40,416 bases of DNA, from positions 1-40,416 of the forward strand of contig JBEBCJ010000167.1 of NCBI GenBank assembly GCA_041157865.1. The letters run 5' to 3'. Source of the DNA: Bacteroidota bacterium. GTDB taxonomy: Bacteria > Bacteroidota > Ignavibacteria > Kapaibacteriales > Kapaibacteriaceae. The notes under the pieces were generated by a model. It had not been told where the DNA came from and did not search any database. It worked only from the letters and a program-made list of their open reading frames with translations. Each line of letters opens with the position of its first letter. Positions within the stretch are counted from its first letter, which is position 1. This document shows, piece by piece, positions 27,050 to 36,840 of this stretch. Both the position numbers and the translations under genes were made by a program.

Positions 27050-28753
27050 TCATCCCTGTCTGTTGGATTGATATTGTGCTATCGCAGCGCGCACATCACT
27101 GGATGTCTTGCATGATGCAAGACTATCGACCAGCTGCCTGCACGACGCTATCGATGTGCCTTGAATTCGACGCTGGAGTTCTGGTATCATGTGCGGTGTA
27201 ACGCTTAGACTGCGAACTCCAATGCCCAACAGGATATCAGTGGCCGAGAGCTGAGCGGCCATTTCGCCGCAGACGCTCACAGAAATGCCGGCATTGTCTG
27301 CCGCCCTTACAACGCTGCTCATTAGTCTGATAACCGAAGGATGAATGCAGTCAAACATATTCGATACAAGCTCATTCGTTCTGTCGGCAGCAAGTGTATA
27401 CTGGGTTAGATCGTTTGTACCGATTGAGATAAAGTCAACGTAGGGGGCTAGCAGGTCGGCCATGACTGCAGCAGCAGGAGTCTCTATCATGATACCAACC
27501 GGTAGGTCGATCGGACTATCATACTCAGACTCAACATCTACTCTACAGGCATCAATGATCTCACGTGCAGCAACGATCTCCATATATGAGGTGATCATCG
27601 GCAACATCAGCCTGGTGCGTCCCTTGGCTGCAACGCGTAGGATTGCCCGTACCTGTTGCTCAAAAATCCCAGGCTGGGCCAGCAGAAATCGAATACCTCT
27701 CAGGCCAAGCACTGGGTTCTGCTCTGTGTAGGGTGAATAGTTCCCGAATTTGTCTCCACCGATATCGAATGCACGAAATGTAACGTGAGCGTTGGGGCAT
27801 CGTTGCAGTATCTCGGCATACCAGACTGATTGTTCGTCTACTGAGGGGAACGTGCCATCTCCTGAAAGCATAAGCTCCGTTCGCACAAGCCCGATACCCT
27901 TTGCACCATACGAATGTGCTAAGTCGGCAGCTGCTGGCGTATCCACATTGGCAAGAACATCAACCGCAATAGAATCTGTGGTCGCAACTTCTGTAAGCAC
28001 AGGCATGCGTTCATTATGCAGTCGGATGCGCTCCTGCTGGTAAAGATCATTGTACTTGGCCCCTACATTGTCCGTGGGAGCTATGATGCACTCGCCCTGA
28101 GCAGCATCTACAATCACCTGCTGTCCGGTTTGAATGCGCCGAGTGGCATCGTGTGCAGCAACAAGAGCCGGCAGACCCAGTTCTCTGGCAATGATAGAAA
28201 TGTGTGAGTCTATTCCGCCTTCTTCGAATACGAATCCCAAAGCCCCCTGCTCGGCCATGCGGAACATCTCTGCCGGCGTGAGAGTCGAGGCAACGATTAC
28301 GTGGGGATGCTCAAGGCGTACCACATGTGTTGTTGGCTGAATCTCTGCCAAGAATCGCTGCTTCACATGCTCAATGTCTGTTGCTCTGTCTCTGATCAAC
28401 GAATTTGTTGAGAGCAGCATCAAGCGTGCCTGCTTCGAGAACTCCAGCTCGATTGCCTTGCCAGCCGACTCGCCAGTTGCGATACGAGCCTCTATATCAC
28501 CGGAAACAACAGGGTCGTTTACGATCAGCACATGTGTTTCGACGATCGAGGCCAACGTTGGAGCGTGGGCCTGTGCCCTTTGAACTACATCGAGAAGCTC
28601 ACGTTCTATGGCCCGTTGTGCCTTGCGAAACAGTGCTGTTTCATGCTCAACATCTGCTGCCTCGACGACGGCTGGGGTGGCTCCTGGATACATGACCCAT
28701 GCCTGCCCAACGGCAATCCCCTGCGAAGAACCTATGGCTCGAAGAACATGCAC
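27050..28753 (-). CDS. ptsI: Phosphoenolpyruvate-protein phosphotransferase (PTS enzyme I)
   Basis: GGIDSH.SIIARELG (phospho-His), GIGLVRTE, DIGGDK, EQNPVLGLRGIR, MIETP, SIGTNDLTQY, CGEMA. Confidence 0.95.
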   Translation of the reverse strand: MHVLRAIGSSQGIAVGQAWVMYPGATPAVVEAADVEHETALFRKAQRAIERELLDVVQRAQAHAPTLASIVETHVLIVNDPVVSGDIEARIATGESAGKAIELEFSKQARLMLLSTNSLIRDRATDIEHVKQRFLAEIQPTTHVVRLEHPHVIVASTLTPAEMFRMAEQGALGFVFEEGGIDSHISIIARELGLPALVAAHDATRRIQTGQQVIVDAAQGECIIAPTDNVGAKYNDLYQQERIRLHNERMPVLTEVATTDSIAVDVLANVDTPAAADLAHSYGAKGIGLVRTELMLSGDGTFPSVDEQSVWYAEILQRCPNAHVTFRAFDIGGDKFGNYSPYTEQNPVLGLRGIRFLLAQPGIFEQQVRAILRVAAKGRTRLMLPMITSYMEIVAAREIIDACRVDVESEYDSPIDLPVGIMIETPAAAVMADLLAPYVDFISIGTNDLTQYTLAADRTNELVSNMFDCIHPSVIRLMSSVVRAADNAGISVSVCGEMAAQLSATDILLGIGVRSLSVTPHMIPELQRRIQGTSIASCRQLVDSLASCKTSSDVRAAIAQYQSNRQG

Positions 28754-28756
28754 GAA

Positions 28757-29023
28757 TCAGTCTTCCCCGAAACCTGATGTGAACAGTTTGATGATAGCAG
28801 CAGAGGCTGCCTGCTCATCAGATCCGTCAACTTGGAGCACAACCTTGCTGCCGCACTCGGCTGCAAGTGTCATCACACCGATTATACTCTTGGCATTAAC
28901 GTGGAAGCCGTCTTTAACAAGGTAGATGTTGCTGGAAAACGTCGATGCCAACTTGACCAGCATCGCTGCAGGCCGTGTATGCAGACCTGCACGGTTGACG
29001 ATCGTCAATGTTTCCTGGATCAT
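28757..29023 (-). CDS. ptsH: Phosphocarrier protein HPr
   Basis: GLHTRPA (His15) and NAKSIIGVM (regulatory Ser46); 88 aa. Confidence 0.96.
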   Translation of the reverse strand: MIQETLTIVNRAGLHTRPAAMLVKLASTFSSNIYLVKDGFHVNAKSIIGVMTLAAECGSKVVLQVDGSDEQAASAAIIKLFTSGFGED

Positions 29024-29027
29024 AAAA

Positions 29028-29999
29028 TCAGGGTCCCTTGCTTTCTAATCCTGCAGCCTTCGTAAGCCTGTTCATCAGCGCTTCATCGGCCAGTACGGCA
29101 TCGTCACAAAGTACCACAATCACAGCAGTCTGCAAGAGGTCTGCCTGACGCAGTTCGTTGTACAGCGTTGATGTTTCCAAGACGTGTACATGATCATGCT
29201 GTATATGACGGATCCAATGCTCGGGCGCAAGCACAAGGGTACGTTGGTCGGATCTGCGAATGATCTGATCCAGCTCCTGCAGCGACGAGCATAACTGCAG
29301 TTGGGCCTCCGGGGCGTAGTGCCGATACTTCATTCCGGGCGAAGCTGGAGCTGCTTGGCCTGCGAGGTTCCACGACGGAACAACGGCAAAACCGGCCACT
29401 GCCTGCAGGTCCTCGACGCGCACGGCTCCCGGACGCAGGACGTGTATGATGTTCCCAACAACACGCACAACGGTACTCTCGATACCATGCTGGCATGTCC
29501 CACCGTCAAGTATGAATAGGTCATCTCCCATATCGTGACGAACGTGCTCGGCACAGGTAGGACTTGGCCTACCGGAAACATTGGCACTCGGAGCTGCAAG
29601 CGGACATTCGACAGACTGAAGTAATTCCTGAAACACCGGATGAGCCGGTACACGAATCGCTACAGTGTCCAGACCTGCACGCACAATCCCAGCCACCCTA
29701 TCCACACTCGGCACGACGATCGTCAGTGGCCCTGGCCAGAACACTTTCCCAAGTGCAAGAAGTGCATCTGCCCCCTCAGCATGCGTGAGTTCGCATGCCA
29801 TATGCACATCTGCAACATGAACGATAAGCGGATTGTCTTGCGGACGTCCCTTACGGCGAAAAATCTCTTCTATCGATTCGGCCCTATTGATTGAGCCAGC
29901 TAGCCCATAGACCGTCTCGGTTGGAACGCCCACTACCTTTCCCTTGCGCAAGATCTGAGCAGCTGTAAGGATATTCTCGGGTGTAGGCGGGAAAATCAT
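29028..29999 (-). CDS. sua5: L-threonylcarbamoyladenylate synthase, Sua5 type
   Basis: PTETVYGL, KGRPQDNPLIVH, FWPGPLT, AAPSAN.SGRPSPT, GIESTV, SPGMKYRHYAP. Start moved to ATG 29999. Confidence 0.94.
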   Translation of the reverse strand: MIFPPTPENILTAAQILRKGKVVGVPTETVYGLAGSINRAESIEEIFRRKGRPQDNPLIVHVADVHMACELTHAEGADALLALGKVFWPGPLTIVVPSVDRVAGIVRAGLDTVAIRVPAHPVFQELLQSVECPLAAPSANVSGRPSPTCAEHVRHDMGDDLFILDGGTCQHGIESTVVRVVGNIIHVLRPGAVRVEDLQAVAGFAVVPSWNLAGQAAPASPGMKYRHYAPEAQLQLCSSLQELDQIIRRSDQRTLVLAPEHWIRHIQHDHVHVLETSTLYNELRQADLLQTAVIVVLCDDAVLADEALMNRLTKAAGLESKGP

Positions 30000-30041
30000 A
30001 CGACAAGTATAACTCTCATGAACCATGCCCGCTACCATGTG

Positions 30042-30049
30042 TAGTTTTG
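30042..30049 (+). promoter_or_regulatory. -7 promoter box for glgP
   Basis: TAGTTTTG, 4 nt before ATG 30054. Confidence 0.55.
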
Positions 30050-30053
30050 CGCC

Positions 30054-32582
30054 ATGATTCGCCCCGTTTCAACTTTCCTTGTCTCTGCAACGATTCCAGA
30101 CCAACTTCGTCAACTCGCAGATTTATCACGCAACTTTTGGTGGTGCTGGAACACCGATGCTATAGCTCTGTGGGCATCAATAGACCGCGATCTGTGGAAC
30201 TCTACACATCACAACCCGGTACTACTGCTTCAGCAGGTCTCACATGCCCGTCTGCAAAGTCTGCTCTCGGATGAGCAGTTTCTTCAGAACATGTACAGTG
30301 TTCACGCGCGTTTTACCGACTATCTGTCGAAATCCTGCGAACCAGAGATTGCATACTTCTGTGCTGAGTTTGGTCTGCACGAGAGTTTTCAGATGTACTC
30401 GGGTGGACTTGGTGTGCTGGCAGGAGACCACCTCAAGAGTGCAAGCGACCTAGGCGTGCCGCTTGTCGGGATTGGCCTGCTCTATCAAGAGGGGTATTTC
30501 CGTCAGTACCTAACCGAAAACGGCTGGCAGAACGAGCACTATCACGAGTTGGACTTTCATGCCCTGCCGATAGAGCAGGTACTTACAGCTGATGGGAAGC
30601 CATTACGGATAATCGTCGAGATGCCACTTGGGATGTGTCATGCGGCAGTGTGGAAGGCTGCTGTTGGACGTGTTTCCCTGTATCTGCTCGATACAAACGT
30701 TGATGAGAACAGTGATGCAGTCCTGCGAGACATTACCGACCGTCTCTACGGCGGCACGACCGATACACGAATCATGCAGGAGATACTGCTGGGTATCGGC
30801 GGCATGAGGGCACTCGAGGCCATGGGTGTTCATCCTCAGGTTTGCCATATCAACGAAGGACATGCAGCATTTTCTATGCTCGAGCGCACACGCCAGATCA
30901 TGCAGGCTCATCACCTATCATTTCATGAGGCTTGGAAGGTGATGCAATCAGGCAGCATCTTTACAACGCATACCCCCGTGCCGGCAGGCAACGAGGTCTT
31001 TGATATAGCAATGCTAGAGCCGTATCTGCGCCGGTTTGCAGCAGCCATGGGTGTTTCGTGGGAAGAATTCGCAGACCTCGGTAATGCTGGAGAGGGTGCC
31101 CATAGCAGCTTTTCAATGACAATTCTCGGCATACGGGGTTCGTCGTTCCGTAATGGTGTCAGTGCACTCCATGGGCAAGTTGCACGTGAAATGTGGCACA
31201 AGATTTGGGCGGACTATCCTGTGGACGAAGCACCCATTCACGGTCTCGTGAACGGTGTGCACACAGCTACCTGGATAGCACCAGAACTGGCCCAACTCTA
31301 CGATCGACATCTAGGAAGTGCATGGCGAACATCACCATGGCATGAGTCCTCTTGGAGCGATGTTGTCTCGGTGCCTGATGAAGAATTGTGGACTGTCCAT
31401 GCGCAGCGTCGCCGACGGCTCGTTGATGGCACCCGCAAGCATATCGTCGAAAAGCATCATGCTTCGCTAACCCAGAAACAGGCACTAACAATTCATCGAT
31501 GTCTCGATCCGGAGGCTTTAACGGTAGGGTTTGCGCGACGCTTCGCTACCTACAAACGAGCAGATCTGCTTATGCGGGATATGGATCGACTATCGAGTAT
31601 CGTCCGGAATTCATCACGTCCAGTGCAGTTCATCCTTGCCGGGAAAGCCCATCCGCGCGACGTACAAGGCAAAGAGTTGATACAGCGCGTACATCAGATG
31701 ATTCGTGAATATGATCTCGACCATAGCATTGTGTTCTTGGAAGACTATGAAATGGACGTAGCACGACTGCTCGTACGAGGATGTGATGTCTGGCTCAATA
31801 CACCGCGAAGACCCCATGAAGCATCAGGCACATCAGGTATGAAGGCTGCAATGAACGGCGTACTTCATTGCTCGATCCTTGATGGCTGGTGGGCAGAGGC
31901 ATACAACGGCACGAACGGGTGGGCCATTGGCAGAGGTGAGATGTTTGATGAAGACGAGCAGGACAATGCAGACAGTGCAACATTGTACGACATACTTGAG
32001 TACGACATCATTCCGCGCTTCTACGATCGCGGCAACAGCGGCGTTCCGCATCAATGGGTTACGATGATGAAAGAGTCGATACGCACCAATGCCTGGCGTT
32101 TTGCGGCAGAGTGCATGGTTCATGACTATCAGCAACGAGCATACCGACCTGCTCAAGAGCGCGCACGTCGCTACATGGCCAACAACGCAACGTTGGCTCG
32201 CGACCTTGTTGCATTCGAGCAACTTCTCAAGGAACAGTGGAGCACGGTGCGTATCCATCGGGTTGAGTCGCATACAAACGAGCACTCCCGTGTTGGCGAT
32301 GTCATCAGCGTTCAGGCACACATTGAAATTGGTACCTTCCTGCCCGAAAATCTGCATGTGCAGATCATCAGTGGTCCTGTAAACTCGCGACACGAGATCA
32401 TGAAAGAATCAGTATCTGAAATGTCGCTTGTTTCACATAACGGCCAGCATGCGCATTATAGCGGAACTACTACCTGCACTTCCAGCGGGTTCCACGGCTG
32501 CACGGTGCGGGTCATGCCAACCCACCCGGGCATGCTCAGCCCCATAGAATCCGGATTGCTGCGCTATCCAGAGAATGCCTGA
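30054..32582 (+). CDS. glgP: Alpha-glucan (glycogen/starch) phosphorylase
   Basis: YF.AEFG....YSGGLGVLAGDHLKSASDLG, HINEGH, FTTHTPVPAG, GFARRFATYKR, EASGTSGMK (PLP lysine), LDGWW.E. Confidence 0.96.
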   Translation: MIRPVSTFLVSATIPDQLRQLADLSRNFWWCWNTDAIALWASIDRDLWNSTHHNPVLLLQQVSHARLQSLLSDEQFLQNMYSVHARFTDYLSKSCEPEIAYFCAEFGLHESFQMYSGGLGVLAGDHLKSASDLGVPLVGIGLLYQEGYFRQYLTENGWQNEHYHELDFHALPIEQVLTADGKPLRIIVEMPLGMCHAAVWKAAVGRVSLYLLDTNVDENSDAVLRDITDRLYGGTTDTRIMQEILLGIGGMRALEAMGVHPQVCHINEGHAAFSMLERTRQIMQAHHLSFHEAWKVMQSGSIFTTHTPVPAGNEVFDIAMLEPYLRRFAAAMGVSWEEFADLGNAGEGAHSSFSMTILGIRGSSFRNGVSALHGQVAREMWHKIWADYPVDEAPIHGLVNGVHTATWIAPELAQLYDRHLGSAWRTSPWHESSWSDVVSVPDEELWTVHAQRRRRLVDGTRKHIVEKHHASLTQKQALTIHRCLDPEALTVGFARRFATYKRADLLMRDMDRLSSIVRNSSRPVQFILAGKAHPRDVQGKELIQRVHQMIREYDLDHSIVFLEDYEMDVARLLVRGCDVWLNTPRRPHEASGTSGMKAAMNGVLHCSILDGWWAEAYNGTNGWAIGRGEMFDEDEQDNADSATLYDILEYDIIPRFYDRGNSGVPHQWVTMMKESIRTNAWRFAAECMVHDYQQRAYRPAQERARRYMANNATLARDLVAFEQLLKEQWSTVRIHRVESHTNEHSRVGDVISVQAHIEIGTFLPENLHVQIISGPVNSRHEIMKESVSEMSLVSHNGQHAHYSGTTTCTSSGFHGCTVRVMPTHPGMLSPIESGLLRYPENA

Positions 32583-32650
32583 AACTTTCTTAAGTTTCCG
32601 GGCTTATTGGTACTGACTGGCCTACTTCGATCGATTTACTGGAGATCTTC

Positions 32651-34414
32651 ATGATTCGTGTTCTGCTTTCGCTGTGTCTCTGTGGAATGGCCGCTTACAG
32701 CGTGTCGGCCCAAACCAGCTTTATCACCTTCCTGCACAACAGTCCGGACCCCGAACTCCGCACAGTGGACTTGTACATCACGCAAGCTGGTATCACATCG
32801 AAGGTAGAGGACGTTAACTGGCAGAGCGCAGACAACCTTAACTCCGTTGCGATCTTCGGCGACCTCGAAGTCGTTATCGGTGTTGCGCCTGCAACCAGCT
32901 CAACAATGTCTGAAGTGATTCTGGAGCATGCCTTTACGCCTGCACCTGATATGGGATACATGGCGATCATGCACGGCGTTCAGTCCAGTCAGAGCTATGC
33001 GGCAAATCCCGACGGGAAATCAACAAAGCTTGGCATCACATCGTACTCGGTGGAGAATACCAACACCGATCCAAGTAAAACAGCCGTGTATTTCTTTCAC
33101 GGAGCAACAGATCTTGAGAAGTGCGACTTCTGGGTTCGCGGGGGTGCAAAGGTTGCTGCAGCAAATGTTGCATTCACCGAGCGGAACGTCACAGCAGCTG
33201 TGGTCGAGCGAAAGATTCTAACGATTGACTGCACAAAGCCTGGCGACAAATCCAAGGTGCTGGCCTCGTTCAGTGTTGATTTCGCCTCTTTGGCAAGTTC
33301 GGTTATCGTTTGCGCTGTAAGCGGGTTCAAGACCCTTGAAGACAATAACAAGAGCACTGACACACTAGCCCTGCTCTCGGTGCTCGAAGACGGACGTGTC
33401 GTGCGTTCACCACTCATGGCCGGCTCGCAGACCTGCCGCGTACAGCTTGTGCATGCTGCGGCAGACCCTGCACTGACGCAGGTCGATATCTATATCAACG
33501 GCATGAAGGCTGCTGATAACCTGGCATTTCGCAAGGCCACCGGATTTACCCCGGTGATTGCAAACTCGCCTATCGTTGTTGGTTTTGCTCCAGCAACCTC
33601 TACGGGCTACAAGGACACGTTACTTACGATCACGCTCGATCCTTTGCGTCCGTCGCGTGCCTATACAATCGTTGCCTCAGGCGTTGCTGACACATCAAAG
33701 TTTGCAAAGAACCCCACAGGTGTCTACACCGGTGTAAACCTGTCGGTAATCGATGGTGCCCTTGAACAGTCTACTTCTGGTAAAACGTCAGTACGAGCAG
33801 GACACTTTGTGAGCGATGCACCGGTTGCATCGATCATGAGCAGCAAGGCTACCTATGCCTCCAAGGTCAAATACACAGACCAGTCTCCAACATATGTTGA
33901 TGTAGACCCCGCAATTGACACATTGTGGCTTACTGATGCAGATGGTAACAAGCTTAAGGGATACGTTTGCGACCTGCGAGGTTCGAACAGGGTAACACTT
34001 GCCCTTGCTACAGGTTTCCTGAATCCAGCCAATAACAATTCAGGAGCAGCTCTTAAACTGATCCTTGTAGACGCCAATGGAAGTGTGAACGCCTCCGCTG
34101 AAGAAGTTGACCCAGGGGGCAATACATCGGTTCAGGAAGATGTGCTCATTGGACGTGGATGGTCTGTTGGTCCTAATCCAACATCTCATATCCTGAGGGC
34201 GCAGATTCCAGCAGGAGACAACCAAGGAGAACTTCGCTATGCGCTGGTAAATGCGGCTGGACAGCAGGTTTTGTCCGGCAGTGCCGCACAAGTCAATGCC
34301 CAGTATGCACTTAGCCTGGATGTGAGCACTATTCCACAGGGTGCATACAACCTCGTCGTTACTTCGACTGACGGTTCTACCCGAGCAAGCTGGGGCGTAA
34401 CGATTACACGCTAA
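32651..34414 (+). CDS. Secreted protein with tandem DUF4397-like domains and a T9SS CTD
   Basis: Signal peptide; four related units (LHNSPDP..VDLY, FHGATD, VHAAADP..VDIY, HFVSDAP); CTD VGPNP...NAAGQQV...IPQGAYNL. Confidence 0.82.
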   Translation: MIRVLLSLCLCGMAAYSVSAQTSFITFLHNSPDPELRTVDLYITQAGITSKVEDVNWQSADNLNSVAIFGDLEVVIGVAPATSSTMSEVILEHAFTPAPDMGYMAIMHGVQSSQSYAANPDGKSTKLGITSYSVENTNTDPSKTAVYFFHGATDLEKCDFWVRGGAKVAAANVAFTERNVTAAVVERKILTIDCTKPGDKSKVLASFSVDFASLASSVIVCAVSGFKTLEDNNKSTDTLALLSVLEDGRVVRSPLMAGSQTCRVQLVHAAADPALTQVDIYINGMKAADNLAFRKATGFTPVIANSPIVVGFAPATSTGYKDTLLTITLDPLRPSRAYTIVASGVADTSKFAKNPTGVYTGVNLSVIDGALEQSTSGKTSVRAGHFVSDAPVASIMSSKATYASKVKYTDQSPTYVDVDPAIDTLWLTDADGNKLKGYVCDLRGSNRVTLALATGFLNPANNNSGAALKLILVDANGSVNASAEEVDPGGNTSVQEDVLIGRGWSVGPNPTSHILRAQIPAGDNQGELRYALVNAAGQQVLSGSAAQVNAQYALSLDVSTIPQGAYNLVVTSTDGSTRASWGVTITR

Positions 34415-34422
34415 TTTTTTCC

Positions 34423-34430
34423 TATCTTTG
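34423..34430 (+). promoter_or_regulatory. -7 promoter box for ffh
   Basis: TATCTTTG, an exact match to TAnnTTTG, 20 nt before the ffh ATG. Confidence 0.7.
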
Positions 34431-34450
34431 CGGTCCTTTTCGGGACCACA

Positions 34451-35794
34451 ATGTTTGAATCACTAAGCGACAAGCTCGACTCGGCCCTTCGGGCGATTCG
34501 AGGTCAGAACAAACTCACCGAACAGAACGTCGACGAAGCGTTGACGGAGGTTCGTCGTGCGCTTCTAGACGCAGACGTGAATTTCAACGTGGTCAAGAAG
34601 TTCATCGAGGATGTCAAGGAAAAGTCTCTTGGTATGGAAGTCAAGGGCAACGTTCTGCCCGGACAACTCATGATCAAGTTGATCCACGACGAACTTGTTT
34701 CGCTGATGGGATCATCAAAATCTGACCTTATCCGCGCGCAACAGGCCCCGACAGTGATCATGGTTGCCGGTCTGCAAGGCTCGGGTAAGACAACGTTCTG
34801 TGGCAAGTTGGCAAACTCACTGAAGAAGCAAGGGCGCCTGCCGCTGCTGGTAGCCTGCGACATCTACCGTCCTGCCGCTGTTGATCAGCTCAAGACTCTT
34901 GGTCAGAGCATAGCATTGCCAGTATTCTCGAAGGAAGGGGCTAAACCCTCTGAGATCGCGGAAGAAGCAATGGCCTATGCACGGAAGTTTGGACGCGATA
35001 CCGTTATCGTTGACACCGCTGGACGTTTGACGATCGACGAAGAGATGATGAAAGAGGCCGAGGATCTCCGCGATCAGCTTAAGCCGAACGAAATCTTGTT
35101 TGTATGCGATGCCATGACGGGTCAGGACGCTGTCAACACAGCACAGGCGTTTCATGACAGACTTGAGTTAACGGGTGTTGTGCTTACAAAGCTCGACGGC
35201 GATACACGCGGGGGTGCTGCGCTCTCTATTCGTGCGGTCGTTGGCAAGCCGATCAAGTTTGTGGGTGTCGGTGAGAAGATCGATGCGCTCGAACCGTTCT
35301 ATCCAGAGCGCATTGCATCGCGGATTCTCGGCATGGGCGACATTGTTACCCTTGTCGAAAAGGCACAAGCACAGATCGATGAAAAGGAAGCAGAGCGTCT
35401 AGAAGAAAAACTCAAGAAGAATGAGTTTAGCTTCGAAGACTTTCTTGATCAAATGAAGCTCATCAAGAAGATGGGCTCACTCAGAGATTTGCTTGGTATG
35501 ATTCCAGGTGTCGATAAGGCTCTGCGTGGTGTTGAGATCGACGACAAGGCCTTTGGCCGTGTAGAGGCGATTATCCTGTCGATGACCAAGGAAGAACGTG
35601 GCAATCCGCGTCTTCTGAATGGAAGCCGTCGCAAGCGCATAGCAAGCGGCAGTGGTACATCCATTCAGGATGTGAATCGCCTGATTAAGCAATTTGAAGA
35701 CATGCAGAAGATGATGCGTAACATGACTAAGGGCAAGATGGCGAACATGATGGGTGGTCGCCTTCCACAAATGCCATTCGGCATGAAGCGCTAA
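34451..35794 (+). CDS. ffh: Signal recognition particle protein Ffh
   Basis: ALLDADV, GLQGSGKTT, DTAGR, TKLDGDTRGG, Met-rich M domain with SRRKRIA.GSG. Confidence 0.98.
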   Translation: MFESLSDKLDSALRAIRGQNKLTEQNVDEALTEVRRALLDADVNFNVVKKFIEDVKEKSLGMEVKGNVLPGQLMIKLIHDELVSLMGSSKSDLIRAQQAPTVIMVAGLQGSGKTTFCGKLANSLKKQGRLPLLVACDIYRPAAVDQLKTLGQSIALPVFSKEGAKPSEIAEEAMAYARKFGRDTVIVDTAGRLTIDEEMMKEAEDLRDQLKPNEILFVCDAMTGQDAVNTAQAFHDRLELTGVVLTKLDGDTRGGAALSIRAVVGKPIKFVGVGEKIDALEPFYPERIASRILGMGDIVTLVEKAQAQIDEKEAERLEEKLKKNEFSFEDFLDQMKLIKKMGSLRDLLGMIPGVDKALRGVEIDDKAFGRVEAIILSMTKEERGNPRLLNGSRRKRIASGSGTSIQDVNRLIKQFEDMQKMMRNMTKGKMANMMGGRLPQMPFGMKR

Positions 35795-35832
35795 TTGATT
35801 TTTATTCACTTACCAAGTTCTAGGAGAACATC

Positions 35833-36294
35833 ATGGTAAAACTCCGCTTGCGTCGCAGAGGTCGTAAGAAACATCCGTTCTACGACATCATTGCGATCGA
35901 CGGACGCGACCGTCGCGACGGCGCCTCTATTGAACGCGTTGGGTTTATCGACCCAATGACAACCCCAAAAGCAGTCACACTTGATGCTGACCGCGCACTG
36001 TACTGGCTGAACGTTGGTGCACAACCAACAGAAGTCGTACGCGAAATCCTCAGCCGTGAGGGCGTGCTACTTCGCCGTCACCTTGGCTTTAAGGGAGCAA
36101 CAGCCGAAGAAATCGAGGCCGCAGTTGCTAAGCATCGTGAAGTGGCCTCAGCTCGCTACACACGCCTAAAGCAGCGTCGCGCAGACCGCGCCCGTGCAAA
36201 GGCAGAAGCAGCCAAGGCACCGGCTCCAGTTGAAGAGGCTCCGGCAGCCGAAGCACCAGCTGAAGAATCAGCTCCTGAAGCAGCAGCAGAATAA
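35833..36294 (+). CDS. rpsP: 30S ribosomal protein S16 with a C-terminal Ala/Glu/Pro-rich extension
   Basis: VKLRLRR.G.K..PFY.I...D.R..RDG..IE.VG..DP, WL..GAQPTE.V; AGGAG RBS at 35822-35826; follows ffh. Confidence 0.97.
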   Translation: MVKLRLRRRGRKKHPFYDIIAIDGRDRRDGASIERVGFIDPMTTPKAVTLDADRALYWLNVGAQPTEVVREILSREGVLLRRHLGFKGATAEEIEAAVAKHREVASARYTRLKQRRADRARAKAEAAKAPAPVEEAPAAEAPAEESAPEAAAE

Positions 36295-36323
36295 TACTGC
36301 CGCTCATACGCTCGCAAGAAACG

Positions 36324-36364
36324 AACAGCGCGGTCATAGTGTTATGATCGCGCTGTTGTCTTTT
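36324..36364 (+). terminator. Probable intrinsic terminator after rpsP
   Basis: AACAGCGCGGTCATA-GTGT-TATGATCGCGCTGTT (15-bp stem, one G-U pair) followed by GTCTTTT. Confidence 0.7.
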
Positions 36365-36396
36365 CGTCCAAATTTTTGACGACCCAACCAATTCCT

Positions 36397-36840
36397 ATGC
36401 TACACGCATCGTTTGCCCCCTATATCAAGCAGCAAAGAGCTTTCTCCGTTGGTATTAAGTGGCTCTTTGCTTGCGCAGGTTGCTACTGGATTTTGATCTA
36501 TGGACTGCAACTGATGCAGTCGATAGACCACGAAACCCTCAAGAATCTACGTGGCGGACAAACGATGATCTACTTTGTTCTGCTAACGCTCTGGGGTATG
36601 GAATACATGCGCGAAACAAAGCGCCTCAAGAGACTTATAGCCTTAGCTGATGAATTGGGCTGTCGGGTGCAAGATATCATGGCCTCGCAAGTCCCTTCTC
36701 CGGGAGCGATGTTCACCATAGTGAGACCCCTTGGGCCGGGGGCACCAGCGTATGCTGTTGCTGCAATTAATGTTGTGGGACTCGCGCTGGCAGGATATCT
36801 CATCGGCATGCGATACATCGCCGCGTTCAGCGCGATTTGA
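36397..36840 (+). CDS. Hypothetical membrane protein with about three TM helices
   Basis: The ORF fills the gap between the rpsP terminator and the convergent OmpA-like gene; three hydrophobic segments; start ATG 36397 or TTG 36376. Confidence 0.65.
   Translation: MLHASFAPYIKQQRAFSVGIKWLFACAGCYWILIYGLQLMQSIDHETLKNLRGGQTMIYFVLLTLWGMEYMRETKRLKRLIALADELGCRVQDIMASQVPSPGAMFTIVRPLGPGAPAYAVAAINVVGLALAGYLIGMRYIAAFSAI

Noticed and set aside
36195-36294. Low-complexity GAAGCA/GCTCC repeats at the end of rpsP
   Set aside because: They encode the Ala/Glu/Pro tail common in long S16 proteins and are not a separate element.
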